Source: an uncultured Dehalococcoidia bacterium (lineage in GTDB: Bacteria > Chloroflexota > Dehalococcoidia > SHYB01). Taken from it: a stretch of 64,000 nt of DNA. A program made the position numbers and the translations under genes. Each line of letters opens with the position of its first letter. Position 1 is the first letter of the stretch. The notes under the pieces are model-generated. The model was not told the DNA's origin and did no database searches. It saw nothing but the letters and a program-made list of their open reading frames with translations. Below, in pieces: positions 7,979-17,712 of the stretch. The stretch is from positions 556 through 64,555 of the forward strand of contig CAZKTO010000003.1 in assembly GCA_964555685.1 (NCBI GenBank). Direction: 5' to 3'.

Positions 7979-8713
7979 ATGACATTCCGGGCCATCGCCG
8001 AGGAGAACCTCCGGGCTCGGATTGGCGGCAATCCTTACCCTGGCCGAGGGATCGTCCTGGGACTGAACGCCTCTGGGTCCCACTACATTCAGGTCTATTG
8101 GACCATGGGCAGGAGCGCCAACTCCAGGAACCGGACGATCACGGTAGAGTCCGGCGACGTCAAGCTGGCGCCGTACGTCCCGGACCCGCAGCAGGACCCG
8201 CGGCTGATTATGTACACGGCGATGACCTCGGTCGGCGACGCCCATATCGTCAGCAACGGCGATCAGACTCTGACCATCGCCCAAGGTCTACGCAAGGGAG
8301 AACCCTTTGAGTCAGCGCTGCTTACTAGAAGCCACGAGCCTGATGCTCCTCACTTCACCTCGCGCATATCCGGCATGATCGATCTCGGCGGGCGTTCCCT
8401 GGCCAAGGCCTCCCGGATCGTCGCCGATCCGACGGACCAGAGCCGCTCTGTCCATTGCCTCTACGACTACCACGGGTTCGAGCCCGGGTTCGGCGTCTGC
8501 CTGCACACCTATCGCGGCGACGGAAGTCCACTCCCCTCGTTCGACGCGGACCCCTTCGTCGTCGTCCTGGACGATGCACCGCCGGTGATCGCGGAGCGAT
8601 ACTGGAATCTCCTGAGCGCCGAGAACCGGGTGGCGCTAGCCGTGAAGGCCATCGATCGCACGAGTGGCGGGGTCACCATCGAACTGCACAGTCGTCACTT
8701 GCCACGCCTATGA
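7979..8713 (+). CDS. purO: IMP cyclohydrolase-like protein (archaeal PurO family)
   Basis: YPGRGIVLG...YWTMGRSANSRNR...IVSNGDQT...HEPDAPHFTSRISGMI parallels, from my memory of M. jannaschii PurO, YIGRFLVVG...YRVSSRSFPNR...VVSNGTHT. Confidence 0.55.
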   Translation: MTFRAIAEENLRARIGGNPYPGRGIVLGLNASGSHYIQVYWTMGRSANSRNRTITVESGDVKLAPYVPDPQQDPRLIMYTAMTSVGDAHIVSNGDQTLTIAQGLRKGEPFESALLTRSHEPDAPHFTSRISGMIDLGGRSLAKASRIVADPTDQSRSVHCLYDYHGFEPGFGVCLHTYRGDGSPLPSFDADPFVVVLDDAPPVIAERYWNLLSAENRVALAVKAIDRTSGGVTIELHSRHLPRL

Positions 8714-9852
8714 AGGTCCTCTGCATGCCCCAGGCGTTCAAGCGGACCCTCTCCGCCATGGACGCCGCACGGGCCATGGCCGAGGGCGTGCGCCGCGTCC
8801 TGCCCGGCGCCGAGATCGAGCTCCTGCCCATGGCCGACGGCGGCGACGACACCCTGGACATCCTGGTCGGCGCGACGGGCGGCGCCTACCGCTCGGCGCA
8901 GGTCCAGGACCCCTTCGGCCGGACCGTCACGGCCCAGTGGGGCGTCCTGGGCGGCGGCCGGACCGCCGTCATCGAGATGGCCCGCGCCTCGGGCCTGCGT
9001 CTGCTGGCCCCCGATGAGCTGGACCCCCGGCGCGCCTCGACGTACGGCACGGGCCAGCTGATCGGCGCCGCGCTCGACGCCGGCTACCGGACGATCATCG
9101 TCGGCGTCGGCGGGAGCGCCACCGTCGACTGCGGCACGGGGGCGGCGTCGGCGCTGGGCGTACGCTTCCTCGATGGACGCGGGCGCCAGCTGCCGCCCGG
9201 CGGGGCCGCCCTGGCCCGCCTCGCAGCCATCGACGTGAGCGCCCTGGACCCTCGCGTCCGCCAGGCCGACATCACCGTCGCCTGCGACGTCGAGATGCCC
9301 GTGTGCGGGCCGCGCGGCGCCTGGACCTTCGCCGCCCAGAAGGGCGCGACGCCGGCCGTCGCCCAGGAGCTCGCCGCCGCGCTGGAGCAGTGCTGCCGGG
9401 TCGTCCACGCCGCGCTGGGGATCGACCTGGCCCCCATGCCCTTCGCGGGCCCGGCGGGCGCCCTCGCGGGCGGGCTGCACGCCTTCTGCGGGGCCCGGCT
9501 CGCTTCCGGCGCGGGGATGGTGCTGGAGCTGACGGGGGCCGGCGCGCGCATCGGCCAGGCGGACCTGGTGATCACCGGCGAGGGCACGCTCGACTGCACG
9601 TCCTTCGCTGGCAAGGGCACCGGGGCCGTGGCCGCCCGCGCCCGCGAGGCCGGCGTCCCGGCTATCGCCGTCGTCGGCCAGACAGGGCGTGACCTGCCCG
9701 GCCCCGCATCCACGGGCTTCCGCGCGATGGAGACGCTCGTCCAGCACGCCCGCTCGCTGGAGGAGGCCATGGCCCGTCCGGCCGAGCACATCGCCACCGC
9801 CACCGCCGCCGCCGTGGCCCGCTTCCTGGGCCGCCCCCAGGCTCCGCTATAA
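8710..9852 (+). CDS. glxK: glycerate kinase
   Basis: It lies within ORF 8455..9852. The ATG at 8710 overlaps the upstream stop (ATGA). Features seen are MKVLCMPQAFKRTLSA...MADGGDDTL...ITGEGTLDCTS. Confidence 0.85.
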   Translation: MKVLCMPQAFKRTLSAMDAARAMAEGVRRVLPGAEIELLPMADGGDDTLDILVGATGGAYRSAQVQDPFGRTVTAQWGVLGGGRTAVIEMARASGLRLLAPDELDPRRASTYGTGQLIGAALDAGYRTIIVGVGGSATVDCGTGAASALGVRFLDGRGRQLPPGGAALARLAAIDVSALDPRVRQADITVACDVEMPVCGPRGAWTFAAQKGATPAVAQELAAALEQCCRVVHAALGIDLAPMPFAGPAGALAGGLHAFCGARLASGAGMVLELTGAGARIGQADLVITGEGTLDCTSFAGKGTGAVAARAREAGVPAIAVVGQTGRDLPGPASTGFRAMETLVQHARSLEEAMARPAEHIATATAAAVARFLGRPQAPL

Positions 9853-9855
9853 TCG

Positions 9856-10575
9856 ATGCGGGGTCTCCCGCCCATGGCCCAACGTACGCTCCTCCTTATC
9901 GAGGACGAAGAGACGCTGGCCCGCGCCCTCTCCTACACCTTGGGCCGCGAGGGCTACCGCGTCGTCCACGCCGCCGATGGCGCCCGGGGCCTCGCCCTGG
10001 CCCGCGAGGCGCGCCCGGACCTGGTCCTGCTCGATCTCATGCTCCCCGGTATCGATGGCCTGGAGGTCTGCCGGCGCCTGCGAAAGGAGACGCCGATCCC
10101 CATCCTCATCCTCACGGCCAAGACCGGTGAGGCCGACAAGATCGTCGGGCTCGAGCTGGGGGCCGACGACTACGTCACCAAGCCTTTCAGCACGCGGGAG
10201 CTGGTGGCGCGCGTCAAGGCCCTCCTGCGCCGCGTGGAGATGGACCAGGCCCGCGACGCCGGACGGGCGGCGCCGGAGGTCCTGCGGGCCGGCGGCCTGG
10301 AGGCGAACCTGGGGGCTCGTCAGGTCACCGTCGATGGCCGGCCCATCGCCCTGCGCCCCAAGGAGTTCGATCTCCTGACCTTTCTGATGCGGAATCGCGG
10401 CATGGTCTTCTCCCGCGAGACCCTGCTCGAGCGGGTGTGGGACTACGAGTACGGCGGCGGCACGCGCACCGTGGACGTGCACATGCGGTGGCTGCGGGAG
10501 AAGATCGAGGAGGACCCCAGCGCCCCCCGGCGCCTGGTAACGGTGCGCGGCGTGGGCTACAAGCTGGAGGCGTAA
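9856..10575 (+). CDS. OmpR/PhoB-family response regulator
   Basis: The receiver domain (LLIEDEE...LLDLMLPGIDG...TAK) is followed by a winged-helix domain (VDVHMRWLREKIE). An alternative start at 9874 (MAQRTLLLIEDE) is plausible. Confidence 0.9.
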   Translation: MRGLPPMAQRTLLLIEDEETLARALSYTLGREGYRVVHAADGARGLALAREARPDLVLLDLMLPGIDGLEVCRRLRKETPIPILILTAKTGEADKIVGLELGADDYVTKPFSTRELVARVKALLRRVEMDQARDAGRAAPEVLRAGGLEANLGARQVTVDGRPIALRPKEFDLLTFLMRNRGMVFSRETLLERVWDYEYGGGTRTVDVHMRWLREKIEEDPSAPRRLVTVRGVGYKLEA

Positions 10576-10576
10576 G

Positions 10577-12331
10577 ATGCTCCGCAGCCTCCGCTGGCGG
10601 CTGGCGGGAGGGTACCTGCTCCTGGTGGCCGCGGTGCTGGTCGCCCTGGGGCTGGTCCTGGGAGCGCAGGCCCGCCACGACGCCGCGCTGGCCCTGGATG
10701 CGCGCGTGACGGCCGAGGCTCGGGCCCTGGCCCAGGCGGCCCGCGCCGTCGTCGCCGGGGAGCGCCCCGCCGTCCAGTTGGCCGCCCTGGTGCGGGAGGC
10801 CGTGTCATCGGAGATCGCCGCCTTCGTCGCCGCCGCTAATGGCGTGGAGCTCTTCCCTTCCTTCCAGGCCCCGGCGTCCGCCGAGGCGCGCGCGCCCGAG
10901 GTGGCGGCCGCCCTGGCGGGCGGGGTCGCCCGGACCGTCCGGCGAAACCCCCAGACCGGCGTCTCGGAGCTGTACGTGGCGGTCCCGGTGGTGAGCGATG
11001 GCCGGGTGGCGGGAGCGGCCCGCGTCGCCGCCTCCCGCGACGGCCTCGGCGAGGCCGTCCAGCGGGTCTGGGTGCGTACCGGCGTCGCTGGAGCGGCGGC
11101 CCTGGTGGCGGGAGCGGCGCTCCTGCTGGTGCTAACGGCGCCCCTTCGTTCCGGGTTGCGAGAGCTGGCCGGCGTCACCGGCCGGCTCGCTGGCGGCCAG
11201 ATCTACGAGCGGGCTGAGATGCCTCCGTTCTCCGAGGCCGGTGATCTCTCCATCTCCATCAACCATATGGCCGCCAGCCTGGAGGCCCAGGTCCGCGCGG
11301 GCTATCAGGAACGCGACACCTTCGGCGTCGTCATCGATGGCATGGCCGACGGGCTGCTGCTTATCGATCAGGAGGGCGGCATCCGTCTGGCGAATCCGGC
11401 GGCCGCCCGCCTCTTCGCGGCGCAGGGGCCGGACCTGGTGGGCCGCCGGCTCATGGAGGCCGTTCGCGACCACGAGATCACGCGCATCGTGGAGCGGGCC
11501 TGGCAGGAGGGGCGCCAGCAGGTGGGCCAGGTGGAGCACGGACGCGAGCTGCGGCTGCTCCGCATCTCCGTCACGCCGCTCCTGGAGAAGGGCGGCCGCT
11601 CGGCTCTGGTGCTCTTCCAGGACCTGACGGAGGTCCAGCGCCTGGGCGCCATGCGCAGGGAGTTCGTCGCCAACGTCTCCCACGAGCTGCGCACGCCGCT
11701 CGCCTCCGTCAAGGCCGCCGCCGAGGCCCTGGAGGGCGGCGCGCTGGACGAGCCCACGGCCGCTCGCGACTTCCTCAACAGGATCATCATCGAAGTGGAC
11801 CACATGACCAACCTCGTCCAGCGGCTCCTGGACCTCTCGCGTCTCGAGACGGGCAAGGCCCAGTTCGATATCAAGTCCTTGGACGCGAAGGCGGTGGTGG
11901 CCGAGGCCGTGGAGCGCGTGCGGCCACGGGTAGAGAGCCAGGGCCTGGCCCTGATCGTCGAACTGCCCGAGGGCCTCCCCCGCGTGCGGGCCGACCGCGC
12001 CGCCCTGCACGAGGTGCTGCTCAATCTCCTGGACAACGCCATCAATTTCACGCGGGCGGGGCACATCCGAGTCTCGGCGCGCGCGGCCGATGGCGCTGTG
12101 GAGGTGGCGGTGGAGGACACGGGCTCTGGGATCCTGCCGGAGGACCTGCCCCACGTCTTCGAGCGCTTCTACAAGGCGGACCGGTCCCGGTCGAGCCCCG
12201 GCGCGGGACTGGGCCTGGCGCTGGCCAAGCACGCCGTCCAGGCGCAGGGGGGCCGCATCTGGGCGGAGAGCGCGCCCGGCCGAGGCTCCGCCTTCCGCTT
12301 CACGCTGCCCGCCGCGGACGAAGGGAGCTAG
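10577..12331 (+). CDS. sensor histidine kinase (TM-HAMP-PAS-HisKA-HATPase)
   Basis: It has an H-box SHELRTPLASV, an N-box LLNLLDNAINFT, G1 DTGSGI and G2 GAGLGLA. It starts 2 nt after the response-regulator stop. Confidence 0.9.
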   Translation: MLRSLRWRLAGGYLLLVAAVLVALGLVLGAQARHDAALALDARVTAEARALAQAARAVVAGERPAVQLAALVREAVSSEIAAFVAAANGVELFPSFQAPASAEARAPEVAAALAGGVARTVRRNPQTGVSELYVAVPVVSDGRVAGAARVAASRDGLGEAVQRVWVRTGVAGAAALVAGAALLLVLTAPLRSGLRELAGVTGRLAGGQIYERAEMPPFSEAGDLSISINHMAASLEAQVRAGYQERDTFGVVIDGMADGLLLIDQEGGIRLANPAAARLFAAQGPDLVGRRLMEAVRDHEITRIVERAWQEGRQQVGQVEHGRELRLLRISVTPLLEKGGRSALVLFQDLTEVQRLGAMRREFVANVSHELRTPLASVKAAAEALEGGALDEPTAARDFLNRIIIEVDHMTNLVQRLLDLSRLETGKAQFDIKSLDAKAVVAEAVERVRPRVESQGLALIVELPEGLPRVRADRAALHEVLLNLLDNAINFTRAGHIRVSARAADGAVEVAVEDTGSGILPEDLPHVFERFYKADRSRSSPGAGLGLALAKHAVQAQGGRIWAESAPGRGSAFRFTLPAADEGS

Positions 12332-12366
12332 CGGACGGCCCCCTCGCCGGCCCAGGGTCGTTCCAG

Positions 12367-12394
12367 TTGTACCAGGCGGCCCATCGCCTATAAT
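12367..12394 (+). promoter_or_regulatory. candidate sigma70-type promoter TTGTAC-N16-TATAAT
   Basis: ttgtac lies at 12367-12372 and tataat at 12389-12394, about 36 nt upstream of the acyl-CoA dehydrogenase ATG. An AGGAGG Shine-Dalgarno follows. Confidence 0.4.
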
Positions 12395-12429
12395 GGCGAG
12401 GGCCCGCGCCCGCACCCAGGAGGTTAGCG

Positions 12430-13614
12430 ATGGAATTCACGTTCACTCCTCAGGATGAGGCATTCCGCCAGGAGGTCCGCGACTTTATTAAGAAGGAGTG
12501 GCTGCCCGTCGCCAAACAGGAAGAGGATGATGGCGGCGGGGAGAGCGTCTTCTCCTCCAAGATGTGGCCCAAGGTCAAGGACCTGCGCAAGAAGCTGGCG
12601 GCCCGCAACTGGATCGCCATCGCCTGGCCCAAGGAGTACGGCGGCCTGGGCGCGTCGCTGATGCAGCAGGCGATCTTCAAGGAAGAGATGGCCTACTGGC
12701 GTTGCCCCGGCATCGACCCGCAGGCCTATCAGTTCGGGCCCGCCCTCATCATGCACGGGTCCGAGGAGCAGAAGAAGCGGTACCTGGGCGGCATCGCCCG
12801 CGCCGAGGTCAGCTGGTGCCAGGGGTTCTCCGAGCCCAACGCCGGCTCGGACCTGGCCTCGCTCCAGACCCGCGCCGCGCGCGACGGCGACGACTTCGTC
12901 ATCAACGGGCAGAAGATCTGGACCTCCGGCGCGCACCTGGCCGACTATATCCACCTGCTGGCCCGCACCGACCCGGAGGCCCCCAAGCACAAGGGCATCT
13001 CCTACTTCATCTTCTCGATGAAGACGCCGGGGATCACCGTAAAGCCCATCGCCCAGATGAGCGGCGCCGAGGGCTTCAACGAGGTCTACTTCGACAACGT
13101 GCGCATCCCCAAGGACTCCCTCTTCGGCGAGCTGAACCGCGGCTGGTACGTGGCCACGACGACGCTGGACTTCGAGCGCTCGAACGTCGCGGGGGCAGCC
13201 GGCGCCCAGCGCACCATCGAGGAGCTGATCCGGTTCTGCAAGGCGGCCACCCACCTTGGCAAGCGCCTGATCGACTACCCGCTGGTGAAGCACCGCCTCG
13301 CCAACTCGGCAATCGAGAACGCCGTCTCGCGCAATCTCTCGTACCGGGTGCTCTGGATGCAGGACAGGGGGATGGTGCCGAACATGGAGGCGTCCGTCGC
13401 CAAGATGTTCAGCGTGGACGCCAGCGCCACCCTGGCCTGGCGCGCCATCGACATCATGGGCCTCTTCGGGCAGCTGGACCGGGGCAACCGGTGGGCGCCC
13501 ATGAACGGCGGGCTCATGCGCGGCTACCTGAGCACCGCGTGCAAGGTGGGCGGCGGCTCCCAGGAGATCATGAAGAACATCATCGCCCAGCGCGGCCTGG
13601 GCCTGCCGAGGTAG
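12430..13614 (+). CDS. acyl-CoA dehydrogenase
   Basis: This 394-aa ORF contains WCQGFSEPNAGSDLASLQTRA, and its C-terminal GGGSQEIMKNIIAQ is typical of the ACAD family. Confidence 0.9.
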   Translation: MEFTFTPQDEAFRQEVRDFIKKEWLPVAKQEEDDGGGESVFSSKMWPKVKDLRKKLAARNWIAIAWPKEYGGLGASLMQQAIFKEEMAYWRCPGIDPQAYQFGPALIMHGSEEQKKRYLGGIARAEVSWCQGFSEPNAGSDLASLQTRAARDGDDFVINGQKIWTSGAHLADYIHLLARTDPEAPKHKGISYFIFSMKTPGITVKPIAQMSGAEGFNEVYFDNVRIPKDSLFGELNRGWYVATTTLDFERSNVAGAAGAQRTIEELIRFCKAATHLGKRLIDYPLVKHRLANSAIENAVSRNLSYRVLWMQDRGMVPNMEASVAKMFSVDASATLAWRAIDIMGLFGQLDRGNRWAPMNGGLMRGYLSTACKVGGGSQEIMKNIIAQRGLGLPR

Positions 13615-13745
13615 GGCCCGCCGACATCCGCGTTCGACCCACATAACCGTGGGGGCCTGGTTGTGCCCCCTGTGCCGGGCCTGGAAAAGAACGACCCCGG
13701 CGGGTCCTGTCCGCTCGGAGTCGCGTTGGGTTCGGGGGCGGCGAC

Positions 13746-14165
13746 CTACTTCTTGCGCGCAGGCCGGAACTTGGGCAGCGTGAGATCCTCGTTGATCCGG
13801 TCGAAGACGACCTCGAGCGGCATCCCGATGCGCAGCTCCTCGTTCTTGCAGTCCACGATGTTGCTGATCATGCGCACCCCCTCCTCCAGCTCCACCAGGA
13901 TAACCGGATAGGGGACCTTGTCCTTGAAAGCGGGGAGGGTGGGCGGGTGGACGACGATGAAGCTATAGAGGGTGCCGCGGCCGGAAACCTTGTGCCAGGT
14001 GTACTGCTCGGAGGTGCAACGCGGGCAGCCCGCGCGCGGGAAGTAGCGCAGCGTGCCGCACTGGGAGCACTTCTGGATCAGGAGCTCGCCGCGCTGGCAG
14101 CCTGCCCAGAACTCGGCGCTCTCGGCTGTAGGGACCGGCGTGGGGAACGGGGCCTGCTGGGTCAT
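13746..14165 (-). CDS. Zn-ribbon/OB-fold protein (DUF35 family)
   Basis: It contains CSQCGTLRYFPRAGCPRC followed by an OB-fold (GTLYSFIVVH). The start is the internal ATG at 14165 (MTQQAPF...). Confidence 0.75.
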   Translation of the reverse strand: MTQQAPFPTPVPTAESAEFWAGCQRGELLIQKCSQCGTLRYFPRAGCPRCTSEQYTWHKVSGRGTLYSFIVVHPPTLPAFKDKVPYPVILVELEEGVRMISNIVDCKNEELRIGMPLEVVFDRINEDLTLPKFRPARKK

Positions 14166-14212
14166 AGCCGCACCTCCTGACCACGGGCCGCCGCCTTGGA
14201 CGGGGCGGGGGT

Positions 14213-14241
14213 AGTGTAGAGCGGGTCGCCACACCTGTCAA
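14213..14241 (-). promoter_or_regulatory. candidate promoter TTGACA-N17-TACACT (minus strand) for the DUF35 gene
   Basis: The reverse complement reads ttgacaggtgtggcgacccgctctacact. The -35 element is at 14236-14241 and the -10 element at 14213-14218. Confidence 0.4.
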
Positions 14242-14268
14242 CCGGAGCCGGCGGCGGCCGCCGTAACC

Positions 14269-14298
14269 TTGACACCCCTCTCCGGTGATGGGTACACT
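14269..14298 (+). promoter_or_regulatory. candidate promoter TTGACA-N18-TACACT for rny
   Basis: ttgaca lies at 14269-14274 and tacact at 14293-14298. It sits back-to-back with the minus-strand promoter. Confidence 0.4.
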
Positions 14299-14361
14299 GG
14301 CGATAGAGCGGCCCTTTGCAGAAGGGCTTGGAGCTCGATAGAGAAAGGTAGGTAGATCGCA

Positions 14362-15879
14362 GTGCCGAACCCCATTGCCCGCGCCCTGGGAGGTCTTTGG
14401 GCGCTGGTGACCGGGGGTCCCGCGAAGCGAATCGAGGCGGCGAAGCGAACCGAGGCGGCGAACCAAGAGGCGCAACGGATCCTCCGCGAGGCGGAAGAGC
14501 GCCAAGCGGCCATTGTCAAAGAGGCCCGGGAGGAGGCGAACCGAACCCGGGCCAGCGCGCAGTCCGAGTACCGGGACCGGCGCGCCGAGGTCCAGCGCGT
14601 CGAGAGACGCCTGGCGCAGAAGGAAGACACCCTCGATAAGAAGATCGAGGGCCTGGACCGCCGGGAGCGCGAGTCCCGGGAGAAGGAAGAGAGCACCGAG
14701 CGGCTGCGCGCCGAGATCGAGGAGGTCAAGCGCCGGCACGTCACGGAACTGGAGCGCATCTCGGGCCTGTCCAAGGATGCGGCCCTGGCGCAGCTCTTCA
14801 AGAGCGTCGAGGACCAGCTCGAGCTCGAGGCCGCCAAGAAGATCCACGAGATCGACCAGCGCGTCAAGGACGAGGCCGACGAGAAGGCCCGCAAGGCCAT
14901 CGTCCTCGCCATCCAACGCCTCGCCAGCGATGTCGTTTCCGAGACCACCGTCACCGTCGTTCCACTCCCGAGCGACGACATGAAAGGCCGGCTCATCGGC
15001 CGCGAGGGGCGGAACATCCGTGCCCTCGAGCAGGCCACGGGCGTCGACCTCATCATCGACGACACGCCCGAGGCCGTCACCCTCTCCTGCTACGACCCCG
15101 TCCGGCGGGAGATCGCCCGCGTCGCAGTCACCAAGCTCTTGGTGGACGGACGCATTCACCCTGCCCGCATCGAGGACATGGTCAACAGGGCCCGGCAGGA
15201 GGTCGAGGAGGACGTGCGCAAGGCCGGCGAGCAGGCCGTCATCGAGGCCGGCGTCCTGGGCATCAGCCGCGAGATCATGGCTGTCCTGGGCCGGCTCAAG
15301 TACCGGACGAGCTACGGCCAGAACGTCCTCAAGCACAGCGTCGAGGTGGCCCACCTGGCCGGCATGATGGCCGCCGAGGTGGGCGCCAACATCCAGGTCT
15401 GCAAGGCCGGCGGGCTGCTGCACGACCTGGGCAAGGCCCTCACCCACGAGGTCGAAGGGACCCACACGGAGATCGGGGGCGAGATCGCCCGCAAGTACGG
15501 CATCAATCCGCAGGTGGCCTCGGCCATCGAGGAGCACCACGACGACGACCGGGTCAACGTGGAGGCCTTCCTCGTGGCCGCCGCCGACGCCATCAGCGGC
15601 GCCCGGCCCGGCGCCCGCCGCGATAGCGTCGAGATGTACGTCAAGCGTCTCGAGGGGATCGAGGAGGCGGCCAACAGCTTCCCCGGAGTAGAGAAGTCCT
15701 ACGCCATCCAGGCAGGCCGCGAGGTCCGCATCATGGTCAAGCCCCATGAGGTGGACGACGTCCAGGCGGCCAAGCTGGCGCACGACGTAGCCAAAAGGAT
15801 TCAGGAGACGGTCATCTACCCGGGCCAGGTGAAGGTCATCGTGGTCCGGGAGACGCGCTCCATCGAGTACGCCAAGTAA
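14362..15879 (+). CDS. rny: ribonuclease Y
   Basis: It has an N-terminal coiled coil, a KH domain (GREGRNIRALEQATGVDLIIDDTPE) and an HD domain (LLHDLGKA). The start codon is GTG. Confidence 0.92.
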   Translation: MPNPIARALGGLWALVTGGPAKRIEAAKRTEAANQEAQRILREAEERQAAIVKEAREEANRTRASAQSEYRDRRAEVQRVERRLAQKEDTLDKKIEGLDRRERESREKEESTERLRAEIEEVKRRHVTELERISGLSKDAALAQLFKSVEDQLELEAAKKIHEIDQRVKDEADEKARKAIVLAIQRLASDVVSETTVTVVPLPSDDMKGRLIGREGRNIRALEQATGVDLIIDDTPEAVTLSCYDPVRREIARVAVTKLLVDGRIHPARIEDMVNRARQEVEEDVRKAGEQAVIEAGVLGISREIMAVLGRLKYRTSYGQNVLKHSVEVAHLAGMMAAEVGANIQVCKAGGLLHDLGKALTHEVEGTHTEIGGEIARKYGINPQVASAIEEHHDDDRVNVEAFLVAAADAISGARPGARRDSVEMYVKRLEGIEEAANSFPGVEKSYAIQAGREVRIMVKPHEVDDVQAAKLAHDVAKRIQETVIYPGQVKVIVVRETRSIEYAK

Positions 15880-15910
15880 GGGCGGCCACCCGCCCCGGCC
15901 GACAAACGAA

Positions 15911-15942
15911 AGAGGCCGTCCCGGAGCTCCGGGACGGCCTCT
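15911..15942 (+). terminator. hairpin terminator after rny
   Basis: The sequence is a perfect 32-nt palindrome, agaggccgtcccgg/agct/ccgggacggcctct, followed by ttcgg. The T-tract is short. Confidence 0.5.
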
Positions 15943-15980
15943 TTCGGTGCCGCGGAGCCCGTAGCCCCCCGCGCACGTCC

Positions 15981-16009
15981 TTTCAGGCAGGCCCCGATTC
16001 CCGTATAAT
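15981..16009 (+). promoter_or_regulatory. candidate promoter (weak -35 TTTCAG, N17, TATAAT)
   Basis: tataat lies at 16004-16009, upstream of ymdB. Confidence 0.3.
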
Positions 16010-16086
16010 GCTTCGATTGGGGTCGTCGCGCTACAGTGCGCCATCGCGCTCCAGCGCAGCGGCCAAGGAAAGGGCGAACAGACTCG

Positions 16087-16854
16087 ATGCGGTTCCTGAT
16101 GATAGGCGATACGGTGGGCAAGCCGGGACGGCGGGCGGTCCAGCGGCTGGTCCCGGAGCTCCGCCGCCAGCACGACCTCGACCTGGTCATCTGCAACGCG
16201 GAGAACGCCGCCGGCGGCATCGGGCTCACGCCAGAGACGGCAGACGACCTCTTACAAGCGGGCGTGGACGTCCTCACCACCGGCAACCACGCCTGGGCCA
16301 AGAAGGAGATCCTGCCCTACCTGGATAGCGAGATGCCCATCATCCGGCCCGTCAACTATCCGCCGGGCGTCCCCGGCCGGGGCTACGTCTTTCATAAGGG
16401 CGTGCTGGTCGTCCAGGTCATCGGGCGCGTCTTCATGCAGAACGTGGACGACCCGTTCCGGACCATCGACCGCGTGCTCGCCGAGGCGGGCGGCCGCGCC
16501 CAGGTCATCATCGTGGACTGCCACGCCGAGGCCACGTCCGAGGCCAACGCCATGGGATGGTACCTGGACGGCCGGGTCAGCGCCGTCCTGGGCACCCACA
16601 CCCACATCGGCACCATCGACGCCAAGGTCCTGCCCAGGGGCACCGCCTACATCACCGACATCGGCATGGTGGGACCGCGAGACTCCGTCATCGGCAACTC
16701 GGTGCCGGAGGTCCTGGAGCGGTTCCTCACCCAGATGCACGTCCCGCTCTCTGTCGCGTCCGGGCCCGTCGAGTTCCATTCGGTGCTGGTGGACGTGGAC
16801 GAGCAGACCGGCCGCGCCCGCAGCATCACCCGAATCGACATGGAGGTCCCCTGA
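16087..16854 (+). CDS. ymdB: YmdB-type metallophosphoesterase (2',3'-cyclic-nucleotide phosphodiesterase family)
   Basis: It contains MRFLMIGDTVGKPGR...CNAENAAGGIG...TTGNH. The gene sits in the conserved position after rny. The start is the internal ATG at 16087. Confidence 0.85.
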   Translation: MRFLMIGDTVGKPGRRAVQRLVPELRRQHDLDLVICNAENAAGGIGLTPETADDLLQAGVDVLTTGNHAWAKKEILPYLDSEMPIIRPVNYPPGVPGRGYVFHKGVLVVQVIGRVFMQNVDDPFRTIDRVLAEAGGRAQVIIVDCHAEATSEANAMGWYLDGRVSAVLGTHTHIGTIDAKVLPRGTAYITDIGMVGPRDSVIGNSVPEVLERFLTQMHVPLSVASGPVEFHSVLVDVDEQTGRARSITRIDMEVP

Positions 16855-16857
16855 CCC

Positions 16858-17697
16858 ATGATCGAAGTCGATCTTCACTTGCACACCACCCGGTCCGACG
16901 GGCGCCTGACGCCGACGCAGATCGTCGAGCTGGCGGCGCGGCGCGGGCTCAAGATCATCGCCATCACCGACCACGACTCCACGGCCGGCCTGGACGAGGC
17001 CATGGAGGCCGCCAGGGCTCATCCTCCGCTCGTCATCATCCCCGGAACGGAGCTCAGCACCGACGTGGCCGGAGGCGAGATCCACATTCTGGCCTACTAC
17101 GTGGACAGGGAGAGCCCCGGGTTCCAGAAGCACCTGGCTCGGTTCCGCGCGGCCCGGTACGAGCGCGGGCGCAAGATGGTGGAGAAGCTGGCGGAGCTGG
17201 GGATGCCCCTCTCCTGGGAGCGGGTGCTGGAGATCGCGGGCGACGCCTCCGTGGGCCGCCCGCACGTGGCGCGAGCCCTCGTCGAGCGGGGCTACGTGCC
17301 CACCACCCAGGAGGCCTTCGACCGGTATCTGGGCCGGAACGGCCCCGCCTACGTGGAGCGGGAGAAGCTGACGCCCCAGGAGGCCATCGCCTTCGCCCTG
17401 GAGTATGGGGCGCTGCCGGTGCTGGCCCACCCCGGGTACGTGAACGGCCTCGAGGCGACGCTCCCCGCCCTCAAGAAGGCCGGTCTGGTGGGCATGGAGG
17501 TCTACTACGGCGCCTATCCGGACGGCGAGATGGGCTCCCTCCTGGCCCTGGCCCAGCGGTACGATCTCATCCCGTGCGGCGGGAGCGACTATCACGCCAA
17601 CGGCCACGAGGGGGAGGTGGAGCCTGGCGCCGTGGGTCCGCCCCTCTCGACGGTCCAGCGCCTTGTGGCCCTGAAGGCCCAGGGCGCTCGCCGGTAG
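16858..17697 (+). CDS. PHP-domain phosphoesterase
   Basis: It contains DLHLHTTRSDG...AITDHDS...GGSDYH. Confidence 0.8.
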   Translation: MIEVDLHLHTTRSDGRLTPTQIVELAARRGLKIIAITDHDSTAGLDEAMEAARAHPPLVIIPGTELSTDVAGGEIHILAYYVDRESPGFQKHLARFRAARYERGRKMVEKLAELGMPLSWERVLEIAGDASVGRPHVARALVERGYVPTTQEAFDRYLGRNGPAYVEREKLTPQEAIAFALEYGALPVLAHPGYVNGLEATLPALKKAGLVGMEVYYGAYPDGEMGSLLALAQRYDLIPCGGSDYHANGHEGEVEPGAVGPPLSTVQRLVALKAQGARR

Positions 17698-17712
17698 GTC
17701 CGGCCCCCGGCC

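Noticed and set aside
14423-14458. 18-bp in-frame tandem duplication in the rny 5' region (cgaagcgaatcgaggcgg / cgaagcgaaccgaggcgg, encoding AKRIEA-AKRTEA).
   Set aside because: It is real but trivial. It lies in the low-complexity coiled-coil region of RNase Y, and small slippage duplications there are expected to be neutral.
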